A DNA stretch of 64,000 nt from an uncultured Roseivirgaceae bacterium (lineage in GTDB: Bacteria > Bacteroidota > Bacteroidia > Cytophagales > Cyclobacteriaceae): NCBI GenBank assembly GCA_964444895.1, contig CAYUJK010000001.1:767-64766 (forward strand), in the 5' to 3' direction. Shown in pieces: positions 28,201 to 37,252 of the stretch. Each line of letters starts with the position of its first letter. The stretch's first letter is position 1. Both the position numbers and the translations under genes were made by a program. The notes under the pieces were generated by a model. It saw only the letters and a list, made by a program, of their open reading frames with translations. It did not search any database and was not told the DNA's origin.

Positions 28201-29545
28201 CTTGCTTAATGGTGTTGTCGGCATAAAAAACTGCTTCCGACACAAAGTTCACCATAAAGCTTGTTTCTGGCTGTATTTCCCTCAGCCATCGTTGGTTGGA
28301 CGGGTCCGATCCTACTGGTCGGTGTTCATTTACCCATAATGGGTCGTCATAATCCACCAACCTGGGGAACAGTTTATACACCCTCTTGGTAATGTCCGTT
28401 TCCTGTGGCGTGATCCGCTCCACCTTCCATACGGTCCAGTTTAAAGAAGACCCTGTACGGGTAGCAATATAATTGTGTATGGTAGGGTCATAGTCTAAAG
28501 ACGGTACCCACCCCGCAGCAACAAGGTCGGCCTCGTTGTCGTCATCTGCTACGTCCGCATTTTGTGGAACGATAACTTCAGGGTTTGGCTTCCCGGTAGC
28601 GGAATATCTTGTCGTTTCATTGTCCTCGTTGACGAGCGCCGGCCTGGACCATCCCACCTGTGTGTTTATCTCTCCCTTCAGTTCCCTTAGTCCGCGTATC
28701 CTCCATAAGTATTGAGTTGAGGGTGACGATGGCGGGGTGTTTTCCCATCCAGCAGGATTGTTGTTTGGCCTGCCCTGGCTATCAAATGGTGGTGGTGTCG
28801 CGGGGATAACATCAGCCGGATTGTCTGTGTCTTTAAGCCCTTGCCGGCGGTATTTGAATACCTCTATTACAAAGGTGGTAGAATCCTGACCGATAGGAAT
28901 AGGGGGTGAAATCCTGCCCACCACGGGATTATTTTCCTCGTCATAGTCCACGAACTTGATTCGGTACCAACGGTGCCGCTCAGTGTACTGTATGGTCTCC
29001 CACAGGGCATCAAATTCAGCGCCTTCCGGGTATTCTCCCGTGCCGCTGTCATAAGGCGGCCTCCCCGGTGTTGGCCATCCGGCGATGGACCCATCGTATT
29101 CTTCTGCAAATTCAAGTATCTGTGCCCCATCTGGAATAAACCGGTTGGTAATCGTCCAGTACAACCTCCAATTGTCTTCAGTAATCTCTCCGTCCAATAT
29201 GAAGGACGGGTTTCTCGTAAGCACAACCTCTATCCGCTCAAACCCTTGCTTGAAGGATACCTGCATGTTCTCTTGCATCACGTTGGGATGCAAGTCAAGT
29301 AGTCCGGGCGCCCTTCGGTATGGCGGTAAATAATCGGGATCAACCGGCTGCCCCCCGGACATCACAGGTTCCTTCGCCTCATCATCCCATTTCGTGGGAT
29401 CGCTGGCTGGGGCTTTTAGGTATGGCAGCGAAAAAGTGCCGCCCTTCACGTGGTGCCCAAAAGCAATAAAGCCCTGCTCGTTCAGGTTATACGGGATCAG
29501 CGCCGCTCCAACTTCTCCGTAAAGGGTTTTGTCAATTGCTTCCAT
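25274..29545 (-). CDS. very large (1423 aa) tail/baseplate or fibre-like structural protein
   Basis: Long uninterrupted ORF in the virion module with a short collagen-like run, GEDGEDGQDGADGANGG (about nt 26340-26400). Confidence 0.55.
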   Translation of the reverse strand: MEAIDKTLYGEVGAALIPYNLNEQGFIAFGHHVKGGTFSLPYLKAPASDPTKWDDEAKEPVMSGGQPVDPDYLPPYRRAPGLLDLHPNVMQENMQVSFKQGFERIEVVLTRNPSFILDGEITEDNWRLYWTITNRFIPDGAQILEFAEEYDGSIAGWPTPGRPPYDSGTGEYPEGAEFDALWETIQYTERHRWYRIKFVDYDEENNPVVGRISPPIPIGQDSTTFVIEVFKYRRQGLKDTDNPADVIPATPPPFDSQGRPNNNPAGWENTPPSSPSTQYLWRIRGLRELKGEINTQVGWSRPALVNEDNETTRYSATGKPNPEVIVPQNADVADDDNEADLVAAGWVPSLDYDPTIHNYIATRTGSSLNWTVWKVERITPQETDITKRVYKLFPRLVDYDDPLWVNEHRPVGSDPSNQRWLREIQPETSFMVNFVSEAVFYADNTIKQDWSAPVPFTSQLTYQDYISIHPDDSDAIDATREIDDTIIRRLTGGVETRDPEKLWLRAQLFLGNNDVLAGEEIEATYQWYKIFDDGEFLTVPEDLGTNRDIQVLHSDITGRAIFRVEVTIEDADGFNDIQSAIDEGVIDGPPLFVEEISIKDQVDGRDGRTLSAHPTQPYFIRAGEGSGVVLLPNTIIIRAEVDNAIKANVEWYYLDGDDPTTDTWVEITATTNSDSSAPKHLYKNANNDLVLVGGEEITATDIFDLVGNDVYFKAEIPAVGILPVLQDWVMVSRREQADLAAGESAFDVHVENPFHLVRVDGLKDPIEGQLDDIDSRIEVRKGSSVRPWDDYTIDVVSVSGVFTDTNGVLIGNDAGNKRIITIDEDLIGWDNTKEKGFVVLDVTLGTETKRVYIGIGTTVEPEGFTGLNIISDRATFNFDYSPGGRNDIELTALLTRHTEDGNEPVAGFNYEWVVVQGRYKGVGAGNVISDVDAVDEVLTVSHEDLDGSAVYGCYAYLTKTGSSYNAPFYYDEVRINDVPDNSTKLLFNNNDHTNQPPLPVNHFDSYPNNTAGLNSWYKVETSNSKWYAQSHDGGTTWRGPFKINPASGVAIPGEDGEDGQDGADGANGGLYSWEGTETIPFNTSITGARVHVLGKVQTTELGGLWVAIYHTNLQNTARVAVGTTTGNAVELGLFNGSSGQTQWRIFWCPVENIPSSTTDLRLYIWSSTLQSGTLRKIIVHAAPTGMKGEDGLSVISATVISGQIVLGMSDFSVITVGGRVQFEPEFRVTSTHIQTKYKHQSAGFWANVVALSTITGLQGPKGVTDGVSKQLFSHYRNLGGVAIPNENAAFNVFVGGVIDTGNTSNKLLKIDCSAAVYNDADDFLVLKVLPVTSFISAGNNFVHAQIMSDSFRIRGIANGVSSGAPAQYSITDYYFTNRRYIQLYVSKNQQGSAGSLRLISAFMEVSILDSANLQLSTGIKTLI

Positions 29546-30372
29546 TACACTGTTTGTATTAAGGCCCCGCGTAGCGCGCCCTGCTTGGACACGTAAATAT
29601 TGTATGAATACTCCAAGATACCATTGGAAAGGTTAATGGTCTTCAGCAGACGCATTGGGTTGATAAGAATAGGGGAATTGGCGTCCCGGAATTCTGTGGC
29701 TCCAAACTCTGCCGGTATCGCTATGTACGAGTACACAAAAGGCGATAACGATTCGGGAGAAAAGCTCGTGTTTTTATTCTGACGTATCTCAAAGCCCCCA
29801 CTGAGCAACATACTGGCCAGCGTAAGGTCATCGTCTTCGATCAAAGGCCCCTCTACCTTGTATATTTTGTTCCCAAAATTCAATACCACAGACAGGTTGA
29901 CGGAACTTCCTGGGTTGCCCAGCCCATCATCGGCTACCAGGGTAAATGTCCTGTCCGCCAATAGTGAGTCGTGCTCCAGGTCAACATCCTCAAAAGTATA
30001 GTCCCGAAGTGTGTTGTCAATGGGCTCCCCGCGCAATGCCTGTGAGGCTACTTGTGCTGCTGATCCTGCTTTGGTTAGCGTCCACACAAGGGATATATCG
30101 TTGACAAGAGCGCCCTTTAGCGGCAACACGCCGGACAGATAAGCTGAACCCGACGGTGTTGTGACCACATTGCTTATGCTCAATGTGCCAGCTAAAGCCA
30201 CTACTTCAAGGTAGCTGATTGTGTATCGAGTGATTGATGAAAGTTGCTGAGTTTGGACAAAAATGGGTGGATTGCCAATTATTTCTATGTTGGCAGCACC
30301 CCCTGCGGCTCCACCTTGTGACGTGCCGGGGAGCAAAAAAGGTGTATTACATCCACATCCATTATTTGCCAT
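29545..30372 (-). CDS. hypothetical virion-module protein
   Basis: Coupled ORF, 275 aa. Confidence 0.55.
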   Translation of the reverse strand: MANNGCGCNTPFLLPGTSQGGAAGGAANIEIIGNPPIFVQTQQLSSITRYTISYLEVVALAGTLSISNVVTTPSGSAYLSGVLPLKGALVNDISLVWTLTKAGSAAQVASQALRGEPIDNTLRDYTFEDVDLEHDSLLADRTFTLVADDGLGNPGSSVNLSVVLNFGNKIYKVEGPLIEDDDLTLASMLLSGGFEIRQNKNTSFSPESLSPFVYSYIAIPAEFGATEFRDANSPILINPMRLLKTINLSNGILEYSYNIYVSKQGALRGALIQTV

Positions 30373-31060
30373 CTATGGTTTTGATAATAGCGTTGATCAA
30401 AAATCTTGATGTGTCTTTTGATGAAACAAAATTGTTGAAAGCCTCTGTAAGCAGCGCTTTTATGTCGCGTATCATGTTGATTAAATTAACGTCACGCTGC
30501 TTTTTGGGTGAATACGCCCGGTGTACAGCTTCATTTTGCCATCGTATGATTCGTATTGGAAACAGGTACTCACAAACCCTGGCTGAAGAAATATTCTCTA
30601 TTTCATTCAGTGTCTCTCCGGTGATGAAATTCCACCCGGCCCCATCGTGGTAGTAGGCCCTGTCGTCTCCCACGTTGTAGTACACGTCTCCCGCACTACC
30701 GGAGAATCGTGTGCTGTCTTTTTCTAAATGGATCAAATACACGATGTGGTGGCCGTCGTTCGGCGACTTCATGGTGAACACGCTTCTGTCAGTGTTCGCC
30801 AATCCGTTCCCGTCCGCCAAACCATGAGTCCTGTCATCTATATTTGGGAACTGGTTAACATGCTCCAGGTAGGAAGATATTCCTGCATGGTTGATGTATT
30901 TCACAAAACACAACAGGACATAGTCTTCCCTGTTTATAGGGGTGTCTCCTTTTCCCCACCCCCAAAAGTCGTCCTGTTGGTAGTCCAACGTGTCGTCGTA
31001 CACGAAAAGGATGCTTCCGTCCTGGTTGTGTGTTGTGTCTATTTTCTTCCTGAAGGACAT
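30362..31060 (-). CDS. hypothetical virion-module protein
   Basis: ATG ORF, 232 aa. Confidence 0.55.
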   Translation of the reverse strand: MSFRKKIDTTHNQDGSILFVYDDTLDYQQDDFWGWGKGDTPINREDYVLLCFVKYINHAGISSYLEHVNQFPNIDDRTHGLADGNGLANTDRSVFTMKSPNDGHHIVYLIHLEKDSTRFSGSAGDVYYNVGDDRAYYHDGAGWNFITGETLNEIENISSARVCEYLFPIRIIRWQNEAVHRAYSPKKQRDVNLINMIRDIKALLTEAFNNFVSSKDTSRFLINAIIKTIDGK

Positions 31061-31063
31061 GGT

Positions 31064-31966
31064 TTATGCGGTTTCTGGTTCTCCTTTTGTGGCCGCGGCA
31101 AGGGATATAACTATCGCCTCATGTAGCTTCTCCCCATCATCAGTTGAGAAAAATATGACAAGGCTTTCTTCCGGTTTCTTTTTGGGAGCCACGTGGTGGA
31201 TGATCTGTCCGGTATCCGCCCACAGCACTTTTGTGCCATCCTCACTATACTTGATGAGTCCCATCTTAACCGCTTTACGTATTTCCCTCCTCACGCTGAG
31301 CTTGTAGTCCTCAGAAAACAGCTTAACCAAATTCATGTTCGCCGGCTTTTCTACCCAATCCATCAGGTAGGCACGCTTTTCTTGTGTGCCGAAATGCTTT
31401 GTTTTGTGCGACAAATGCATATCGCACAGGATTGACACGTCCTCTTCGCTCATTTTCTCAATAAGCTCTTCCATGTCCCTCCTCATTTTCTTGATGGCCA
31501 TCTTATCCTGGGCGCTCTTCGCAGGCTCCAAGAGCCTGTATAAATACCCTACATTCAGTTTAATATGCCCTTTTTGTTCTTTTGCGTTCTCGTTGCACGG
31601 GTGAAAAAACAGGAACTCGTCTTTATCGATGCTGGATGGAACGTCGCCGGAACAAATGATTTGTCCCTTTTGGTCTTTGGTGAACTGTAAGTCCCCGTAA
31701 ACAGGGTCAAAATCCCTGTCGGAATCCCTCGGTGCCGGATTCTGTCCGGTGATGTATGATATGGTCTTTGTCACCATTTCATTGCTGTTTTCACTCACGT
31801 AATCCCGGATGGAATATTGATTGACAACGTTTTGCTGCGCGGGACACCTGAACCGACCGGTTTCTTTGTCGGTGCCTATATTGATAAGCTGATACACCCT
31901 GCGCTGACCTGGTGCAAGCGGGACGAAACCCCACTCCTTCTTGAGTTTTTTCGTGATTTTTTGCAT
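31064..31966 (-). CDS. hypothetical virion-module protein
   Basis: ATG ORF, 300 aa, directly downstream of the capsid candidate. Confidence 0.55.
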   Translation of the reverse strand: MQKITKKLKKEWGFVPLAPGQRRVYQLINIGTDKETGRFRCPAQQNVVNQYSIRDYVSENSNEMVTKTISYITGQNPAPRDSDRDFDPVYGDLQFTKDQKGQIICSGDVPSSIDKDEFLFFHPCNENAKEQKGHIKLNVGYLYRLLEPAKSAQDKMAIKKMRRDMEELIEKMSEEDVSILCDMHLSHKTKHFGTQEKRAYLMDWVEKPANMNLVKLFSEDYKLSVRREIRKAVKMGLIKYSEDGTKVLWADTGQIIHHVAPKKKPEESLVIFFSTDDGEKLHEAIVISLAAATKGEPETA

Positions 31967-32029
31967 AAGAATATGTTTATGGTGAAAAAACCCTACCGGA
32001 GAGTTCCCCGGTAGGATAATTTAATATGC

Positions 32030-33454
32030 CTAAGAAGAAGCGGTTGCTTTCGTTGACCTTACGGCGAGGTGAAGCATTGCCTGCTGCCACCCCATCTCTG
32101 ATCGGTGCCAGAAGTAGAACTTGTCTACGCCGTCGGTTTTCCAGTCCTTAACAGTGTACTGCATAAACCTGTTCTCCCTGTCGGACGCTTTATACCTGAT
32201 CTGGCAAAGCTCCATAGACTCGGTTTCCCCGGTCATCGGGTCTTTGCTGGTATATTTGTCCATCGGAAGGAAATACATGGTGTCGGGATAAGGTTTCCCC
32301 GGCGCGCCGGTTATTTGCTTGTAGTACAAGAAAGGTTCTTTTTTCATGTAGAACGACCTGCCGAAAAGATACACGCCTTTATATCCGAGGTGAAGCATCT
32401 GTTCTTCTGGTGATGCATGTCCCCATCGGGTATAGTCGTTACCGGCAAAAGCGCCAAATGTCGGCGGTATCCCTTTGTCGAAGAATATTTTCTCGGCTTC
32501 ATAGTACGCGCGGTTTCCGGCAATCACACAATATTCAGCCGGAGCGTTTTGAGCATCCAGCCCTACGTTGATTTTTTGGAGTTCGTCAAAATCAAACACA
32601 GAGTGAATGTTGTTCAGACCATAGTTTTGGATTTTCCAATCCATACCCTCTGTACGCCTTACGGTTCCCCCGTCAGCGTTCGGGTCAACGTTATCCACGA
32701 CGGCATTTGTTCCCTGGCCTAATCCCAAAGCTAAGGCTATGGCCATCTTGTGACGCGTGTATGCCTGATCTACGCCACGGTAGTATGCGAACTTCTTTCC
32801 AGACTTTGTCACTACTACATCGCTCATGTTTGCTGCGGCAGATCCGTTTGAAACGTAAGTAGTCGCCATGATTTGGGTGCGACCGGTGAATTTTACCGGT
32901 TTGTTGTGCATACCGTCAGGCTGACCGGTACCGTCCGCTTTCGCGGTACCTCTCCATGTGATAAACTCACCCACTACGGCAGCGCCTACTATATTTACGG
33001 CGGGATCGGGAGTAAGCACCACTTCATGCTCTCCGTCTGTACCGTCCGCGGTAATGTCAGCATCACTCTTGATCCAGCCCTCTACGCCACCAACTTCCCA
33101 TACGTCCCATTTTTTGAAAGGCATTGTCTTATCGTTTACCGCCTCAATGGTGATGGTGACGGCGTTTCCAGCGCCTGGTGTTCCCGCTATACTCTTTATT
33201 TGAGGTACCGGTATTAAAGGCGTTTCTTCGTGATGGTGAAACTCTGATTGCCCGGTGATGGTGCGTCCTGTTTGAACAAAGAAGTCGAAAAACTCATCTT
33301 CTTTCAGGTGGGGAAATATCGCCTTGCGAACGTCGGGCCTCATAATGAGGTTGTCGGCATTCACTACATACACCCCTTCTTTGAAATATGCTTGCTCCAA
33401 AGGCCCGCTGTTGTCGTATGCCAGTGGAGGGGTATTTATATCAAATTGTGCCAT
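32030..33454 (-). CDS. major capsid protein candidate
   Basis: 474-aa ORF immediately downstream of the scaffold-like gene. The call rests on position and size only. Confidence 0.5.
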   Translation of the reverse strand: MAQFDINTPPLAYDNSGPLEQAYFKEGVYVVNADNLIMRPDVRKAIFPHLKEDEFFDFFVQTGRTITGQSEFHHHEETPLIPVPQIKSIAGTPGAGNAVTITIEAVNDKTMPFKKWDVWEVGGVEGWIKSDADITADGTDGEHEVVLTPDPAVNIVGAAVVGEFITWRGTAKADGTGQPDGMHNKPVKFTGRTQIMATTYVSNGSAAANMSDVVVTKSGKKFAYYRGVDQAYTRHKMAIALALGLGQGTNAVVDNVDPNADGGTVRRTEGMDWKIQNYGLNNIHSVFDFDELQKINVGLDAQNAPAEYCVIAGNRAYYEAEKIFFDKGIPPTFGAFAGNDYTRWGHASPEEQMLHLGYKGVYLFGRSFYMKKEPFLYYKQITGAPGKPYPDTMYFLPMDKYTSKDPMTGETESMELCQIRYKASDRENRFMQYTVKDWKTDGVDKFYFWHRSEMGWQQAMLHLAVRSTKATASS

Positions 33455-33465
33455 TTTAGATCACT

Positions 33466-34638
33466 TTAATTGTTTCTTGCTCTCCCTTCTTTTTGTGCCA
33501 ATAGATGTGCCGCCTCGGCAAGCTCGTCAGAAAACTCATTCATGTTGGCAGGCACCCTTGTCGTGGTGGTTTTTCCGTTTTCAAGTTTGTTGGTGACTAC
33601 TTTTTTGTTTTTCATTTCAATCTTGTGGGTAGCTATCTTTTCTGGTAGGGTGTCCCGGAGTGCAAATAAGGACACGAATTGGGCAAACTTCTGCTGATCC
33701 ACCTTGTCATTGGTGATGCCTATTTCTTTAAGGAAAGACATTGGGTCTTCCAGGGATTTTTGGACAAACTGAAGCTCATCCGGTTTCATGGCGATATTGT
33801 ATGGGTTGTCGCCTATTTTCACCGTCAGGTGTTTGAGTCCCGACATTACCCTCTTGGTTTCAAGTTGGTACGTCTTGACCATAGCGTCAATTTCTTCCTG
33901 GGAAGGCCCTGACTTTTCGGGCTGCAAGGCTTTTTCTTTCCATGTGGCGATGCCTGATTTTGCTTTTGATGCTTCGCTGGCCAGCATCTTTTCCGCGAAT
34001 AGTTTCTCGCGTTGAAAATTACGCCACTCGGCTTCATTATCAAAATCTTCCTCAGTACGCTTGTCATCAAGGATTGAATACTTGGCATCATAGTCTTTTT
34101 CAAATTTCATTTGCATGAACTCCGGGTCTTGTTCAGAGTCTTCAGGATTGCTCAGCATAAAGTGTTGCCGTAGCAATTCTTTTTTGTTCATGTTTTCCGG
34201 GTTCATGGAGGTTACCGAAAAAAACTTCGATGGTGGGATGCCTTGCTTTTCAGCTTCTATGGCAGCTTTTATCTGGTTGCTGATACCGAGAGCCTGGTAA
34301 GGATCTTTCTTGAGGCGTGATGCCTCGCTGAGCACGTCCACCACATCGTTAATTGATTTCAATTCAAGCCCCGTGATCTGACTGAGGTCTTGAAGGTAAT
34401 CTGATTGTGGTGCTGGTGGCTCTTCGCCGCCCTCGACTGAAGGTTCTGGTTCGTCCTGGACTGGCGGTTCATCCCCTTCGATTGGCCCACCCTCTTCACC
34501 TTCTGGCTCTTCTCCTTCCGGCTCTCCCTCTGGTTCTTCTTGCGGGGGATCGCTTGCTGGTTGTGCCTCTGGCGGTTCGGGTTGTTCTCCCGGTTTCAGG
34601 ATGTCTTCAGGTCTCAGGATTTCATCAGGAAGCTGCAT
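33466..34638 (-). CDS. scaffolding-like protein
   Basis: Extremely acidic Pro/Glu-rich N-terminus (PEPPEAQPASDPPQEEPEGEPEGEEPEGEE) followed by helical K/E-rich sequence. First gene of the minus-strand head operon. Confidence 0.5.
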   Translation of the reverse strand: MQLPDEILRPEDILKPGEQPEPPEAQPASDPPQEEPEGEPEGEEPEGEEGGPIEGDEPPVQDEPEPSVEGGEEPPAPQSDYLQDLSQITGLELKSINDVVDVLSEASRLKKDPYQALGISNQIKAAIEAEKQGIPPSKFFSVTSMNPENMNKKELLRQHFMLSNPEDSEQDPEFMQMKFEKDYDAKYSILDDKRTEEDFDNEAEWRNFQREKLFAEKMLASEASKAKSGIATWKEKALQPEKSGPSQEEIDAMVKTYQLETKRVMSGLKHLTVKIGDNPYNIAMKPDELQFVQKSLEDPMSFLKEIGITNDKVDQQKFAQFVSLFALRDTLPEKIATHKIEMKNKKVVTNKLENGKTTTTRVPANMNEFSDELAEAAHLLAQKEGRARNN

Positions 34639-34656
34639 ATTGTAGAAGTTTAGTTT

Positions 34657-34746
34657 TTGTCAAAATGACAATTATTGTCGTTTTAGCAATTATTGTCGAA
34701 ATGACAATGATTGTCAAAATGACAATATTTGTTCAAAAATATATAA
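34657..34746. repeat. tandem array of 18-bp units built on the palindrome TTGTCAAAATGACAA (4 good units plus 1 degenerate)
   Basis: Units start at 34657, 34675, 34693, 34711 and 34729 (degenerate). Sequences: TTGTCAAAATGACAATTA / TTGTCGTTTTAGCAATTA / TTGTCGAAATGACAATGA / TTGTCAAAATGACAATAT / TTGTTCAAAAATATATAA. Confidence 0.9.
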
Positions 34747-34769
34747 ATTGGCGAATAAAAAACATTTTC

Positions 34770-36656
34770 ATGAAGAAAATATTGGTGACCATCGCCAGCT
34801 ACGGCATCTCCCAAAACCTATTCCTTCGAAAATTAGTAAGGGAATTCAAGTCTTTTTCGAAGTATCATGTTGACATTATTGTTCATTCCGATTTAGATGA
34901 TGTGGGGGATAGTTATGTGATGAAAAATGTGTCGGTCAAAAAAGTATTGCTTGACGATTATCAATATTTGCCGTTCTCATGCCGGGAAACGATATTGGAG
35001 AATAAGGATGGTTACGACCTGCTTATATACACCGAAAACGACATTCTGTACACCGAAAGGAATATAGACGCTTACATAAAAGCTTCTGAAGTTTTAGATG
35101 GCACTCGCTTTATCCCTGGCTTTCTAAGGTTTGAGGTTCATAATGGGAAAAAGACGTTTCCCGACTTCCACAAGAATTATAGGTGGGACCCATCGGTTTT
35201 TTATCAGAGCCAACCCTATATGTTTTTTCACTTCACTAACGAACACCACGGCGGAATTTGCTTAACCCGAAAACAACTATCAGACATATCATCGAAATTT
35301 GATTTTATGTCGAGACAGTTTGCCGACAGATATAAAAGGAATACCCCGAAGGTACATGCTTGTACCAACGTTTACACTGAAGCTGGCTTCGTAAAAGTCA
35401 TAGCCATATCTCATTTTAATGATTTTCTCCTACATCATCTCAGTAATCGCTATGATAAACTCGGTGTTGACAATGATTATATGCAGGCCAACCTGATAGA
35501 CTTAATAAAGCCAAAAACCCATGTCAAAAGAATTGATGTGCTGAGGAAATTAATTTCCGCGTTTGGATACAAAAGCTACCTGGAAATAGGCTGTGATAAA
35601 AATCAGGTTTTTGATCAGATAGGATTAAAAGACAAGACCGGGGTTGATCCTGTAAGGGGCGGGAATATTAGGGCTGATTCTGACGCGTTTTTTTTAAATA
35701 ACAATCGCAAGTACGATATAATCTTCATAGATGGGCTCCACGAGCGAGCACAGGTGTTGATGGATATTGAAAATGCACTTAAATGCCTCAATCCTGGCGG
35801 GGTAATAGTTTGCCATGATGTTTGTCCGTACACTGAGGATATGGCCGAAGTCCCCAGGGCCACAAAGATGTGGACTGGAGACTGCTGGAAAGCGTGGGCC
35901 GACCTCCGGTCATCAAGAAAGGATTTGTCGATGCTGGTCGTTGATGCCGATTATGGTATTGGGATTATTACAAAAGGGAACCAGGAGCTTTTGGAGAAAA
36001 AAGAATGGACGTATACTGATTTTATAAACAACAAAAAGCACATTCTTAACCTCATACCTGTCAGTGATTTTTTTAACTCAAAACGTCCTATTGATATAAA
36101 AAAAGATTTTAAAATACAGTACGTGATCCCGTATAGCCTTGAGAAGAAAATAGGCAGGGCGTACAACGAAAGCTGTGCTATTGTGCCGGATGAATATTGG
36201 ATTGGCATTACCGACGGCGATATAGCGTTTCTTAATCCAGATTGGGGACACACGATAGCAAACACAATTGCCGCCAATCCTGAATATACTGTATTCACGG
36301 CCTACGCTTCGAGGATAGGCAACAAACAGCAAAGATATAGGGGTGTGATAAGCGAAAATCCTAACATCATAGATCATTACAACATAGCCATCCAAGAATC
36401 CGCGAAAAACAGTACGCGGGTAATCCCCATGAAGGAATGTATGTCGGGCTTCTTGATGATATTCCCGAAATGGCTGTGGAAGAAAATCCCATTTCCAGAA
36501 AAATCTGACGAGGGTACTATGCTTGGGATAGATAAAGCGTGGTCTAAAAAGGTGTTGGCAGCCGGATACAAGATAGGTATTATAGAAGACCAGTATGTGC
36601 TTCACTACTATCGATTGAAAAACGGAAAAACCGATAAATCACATTTGTTATGTTGA
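34770..36656 (+). CDS. three-domain sugar-tailoring enzyme: GT-A-like N-domain, class I SAM methyltransferase, GT2-like C-domain
   Basis: Real start taken as the ATG at 34770 (MKKILVTIASYG), because the upstream part of the track ORF is antisense to the scaffold gene. Methyltransferase motif I is YLEIGCDKN, with IIFIDGLH and GGVIVCHD. C-domain has WIGITDGDIAF (DxD-like). N-domain has LIYTENDI. Confidence 0.6.
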   Translation: MKKILVTIASYGISQNLFLRKLVREFKSFSKYHVDIIVHSDLDDVGDSYVMKNVSVKKVLLDDYQYLPFSCRETILENKDGYDLLIYTENDILYTERNIDAYIKASEVLDGTRFIPGFLRFEVHNGKKTFPDFHKNYRWDPSVFYQSQPYMFFHFTNEHHGGICLTRKQLSDISSKFDFMSRQFADRYKRNTPKVHACTNVYTEAGFVKVIAISHFNDFLLHHLSNRYDKLGVDNDYMQANLIDLIKPKTHVKRIDVLRKLISAFGYKSYLEIGCDKNQVFDQIGLKDKTGVDPVRGGNIRADSDAFFLNNNRKYDIIFIDGLHERAQVLMDIENALKCLNPGGVIVCHDVCPYTEDMAEVPRATKMWTGDCWKAWADLRSSRKDLSMLVVDADYGIGIITKGNQELLEKKEWTYTDFINNKKHILNLIPVSDFFNSKRPIDIKKDFKIQYVIPYSLEKKIGRAYNESCAIVPDEYWIGITDGDIAFLNPDWGHTIANTIAANPEYTVFTAYASRIGNKQQRYRGVISENPNIIDHYNIAIQESAKNSTRVIPMKECMSGFLMIFPKWLWKKIPFPEKSDEGTMLGIDKAWSKKVLAAGYKIGIIEDQYVLHYYRLKNGKTDKSHLLC

Positions 36657-37252
36657 TCATTACCGGATTAGGCAGGACCGGAACAAGTTTTATCGCAAGG
36701 TGTTTTCACGACTGCGGATTTGACATGGGGGGGCAATGGTTTGATGATAAAAATGCGGGCATGGAATTGTTTAAGGTTGTTAAACTAAATAGGAAAATAG
36801 AGGGGGGTGTGTTATCAGGAAAGGTTTGTCAAGATAAAATAAAGGAAATTTTCGAAAGGCACCCTATCGTTAAAGACCCTCGGTTTGTGTTTGATAAATC
36901 TCATGGTAGAGTAATAAATGAGTGGACAAAGGCCCTTAAACCAAAAAACATACGAGTCATGTTAACCACAAGGAATATTAGCGAGGTCTCTATGTCAAGA
37001 AAATTAATGATCGACTCTAAAGACGTGGGTGCGTATATGGAAGGGGCTTTGTGTGTAATGTTGGCAAGCTTTATTAATAACTTGTCCGCACACAACATTG
37101 TGTTTGAAACGTTAAATTTCCCCGATTTCCTTTATTACGACTTCAATGTGATAAGAAAGAAATTTAAAAGGATAGGGTTTGATTTGCCGATAGGGTTTGA
37201 GGATGTTTGGGAAAGAAACAAAGATTTTTCAAAAATACATCATGGTGGGTGA
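36650..37252 (+). CDS. sulfotransferase-like P-loop protein
   Basis: MLIITGLGRTGTSFIARCF resembles the 5'-phosphosulfate-binding loop. TTRNISEVSMS resembles the 3'-phosphate-binding region. Overlaps the upstream gene by 7 nt. Confidence 0.4.
   Translation: MLIITGLGRTGTSFIARCFHDCGFDMGGQWFDDKNAGMELFKVVKLNRKIEGGVLSGKVCQDKIKEIFERHPIVKDPRFVFDKSHGRVINEWTKALKPKNIRVMLTTRNISEVSMSRKLMIDSKDVGAYMEGALCVMLASFINNLSAHNIVFETLNFPDFLYYDFNVIRKKFKRIGFDLPIGFEDVWERNKDFSKIHHGG

Noticed and set aside
34657-34746. Possible CRISPR array
   Set aside because: The units are contiguous 18-mers with no spacers, there are only about 4.5 of them, and no cas genes are present. They look like tandem operator or iteron repeats.
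34407-34769. N-terminal 121 codons of track ORF 34407..36656 (MVLVALRRPRLKV...), including the peptide repeats MTIIVVLAIIVEMTMIVKMTIFV
   Set aside because: This part is antisense to the scaffold gene and then reads through the 18-bp DNA repeat array. The repeated peptide is a translation artefact of the DNA repeats. The real gene most likely starts at ATG 34770.
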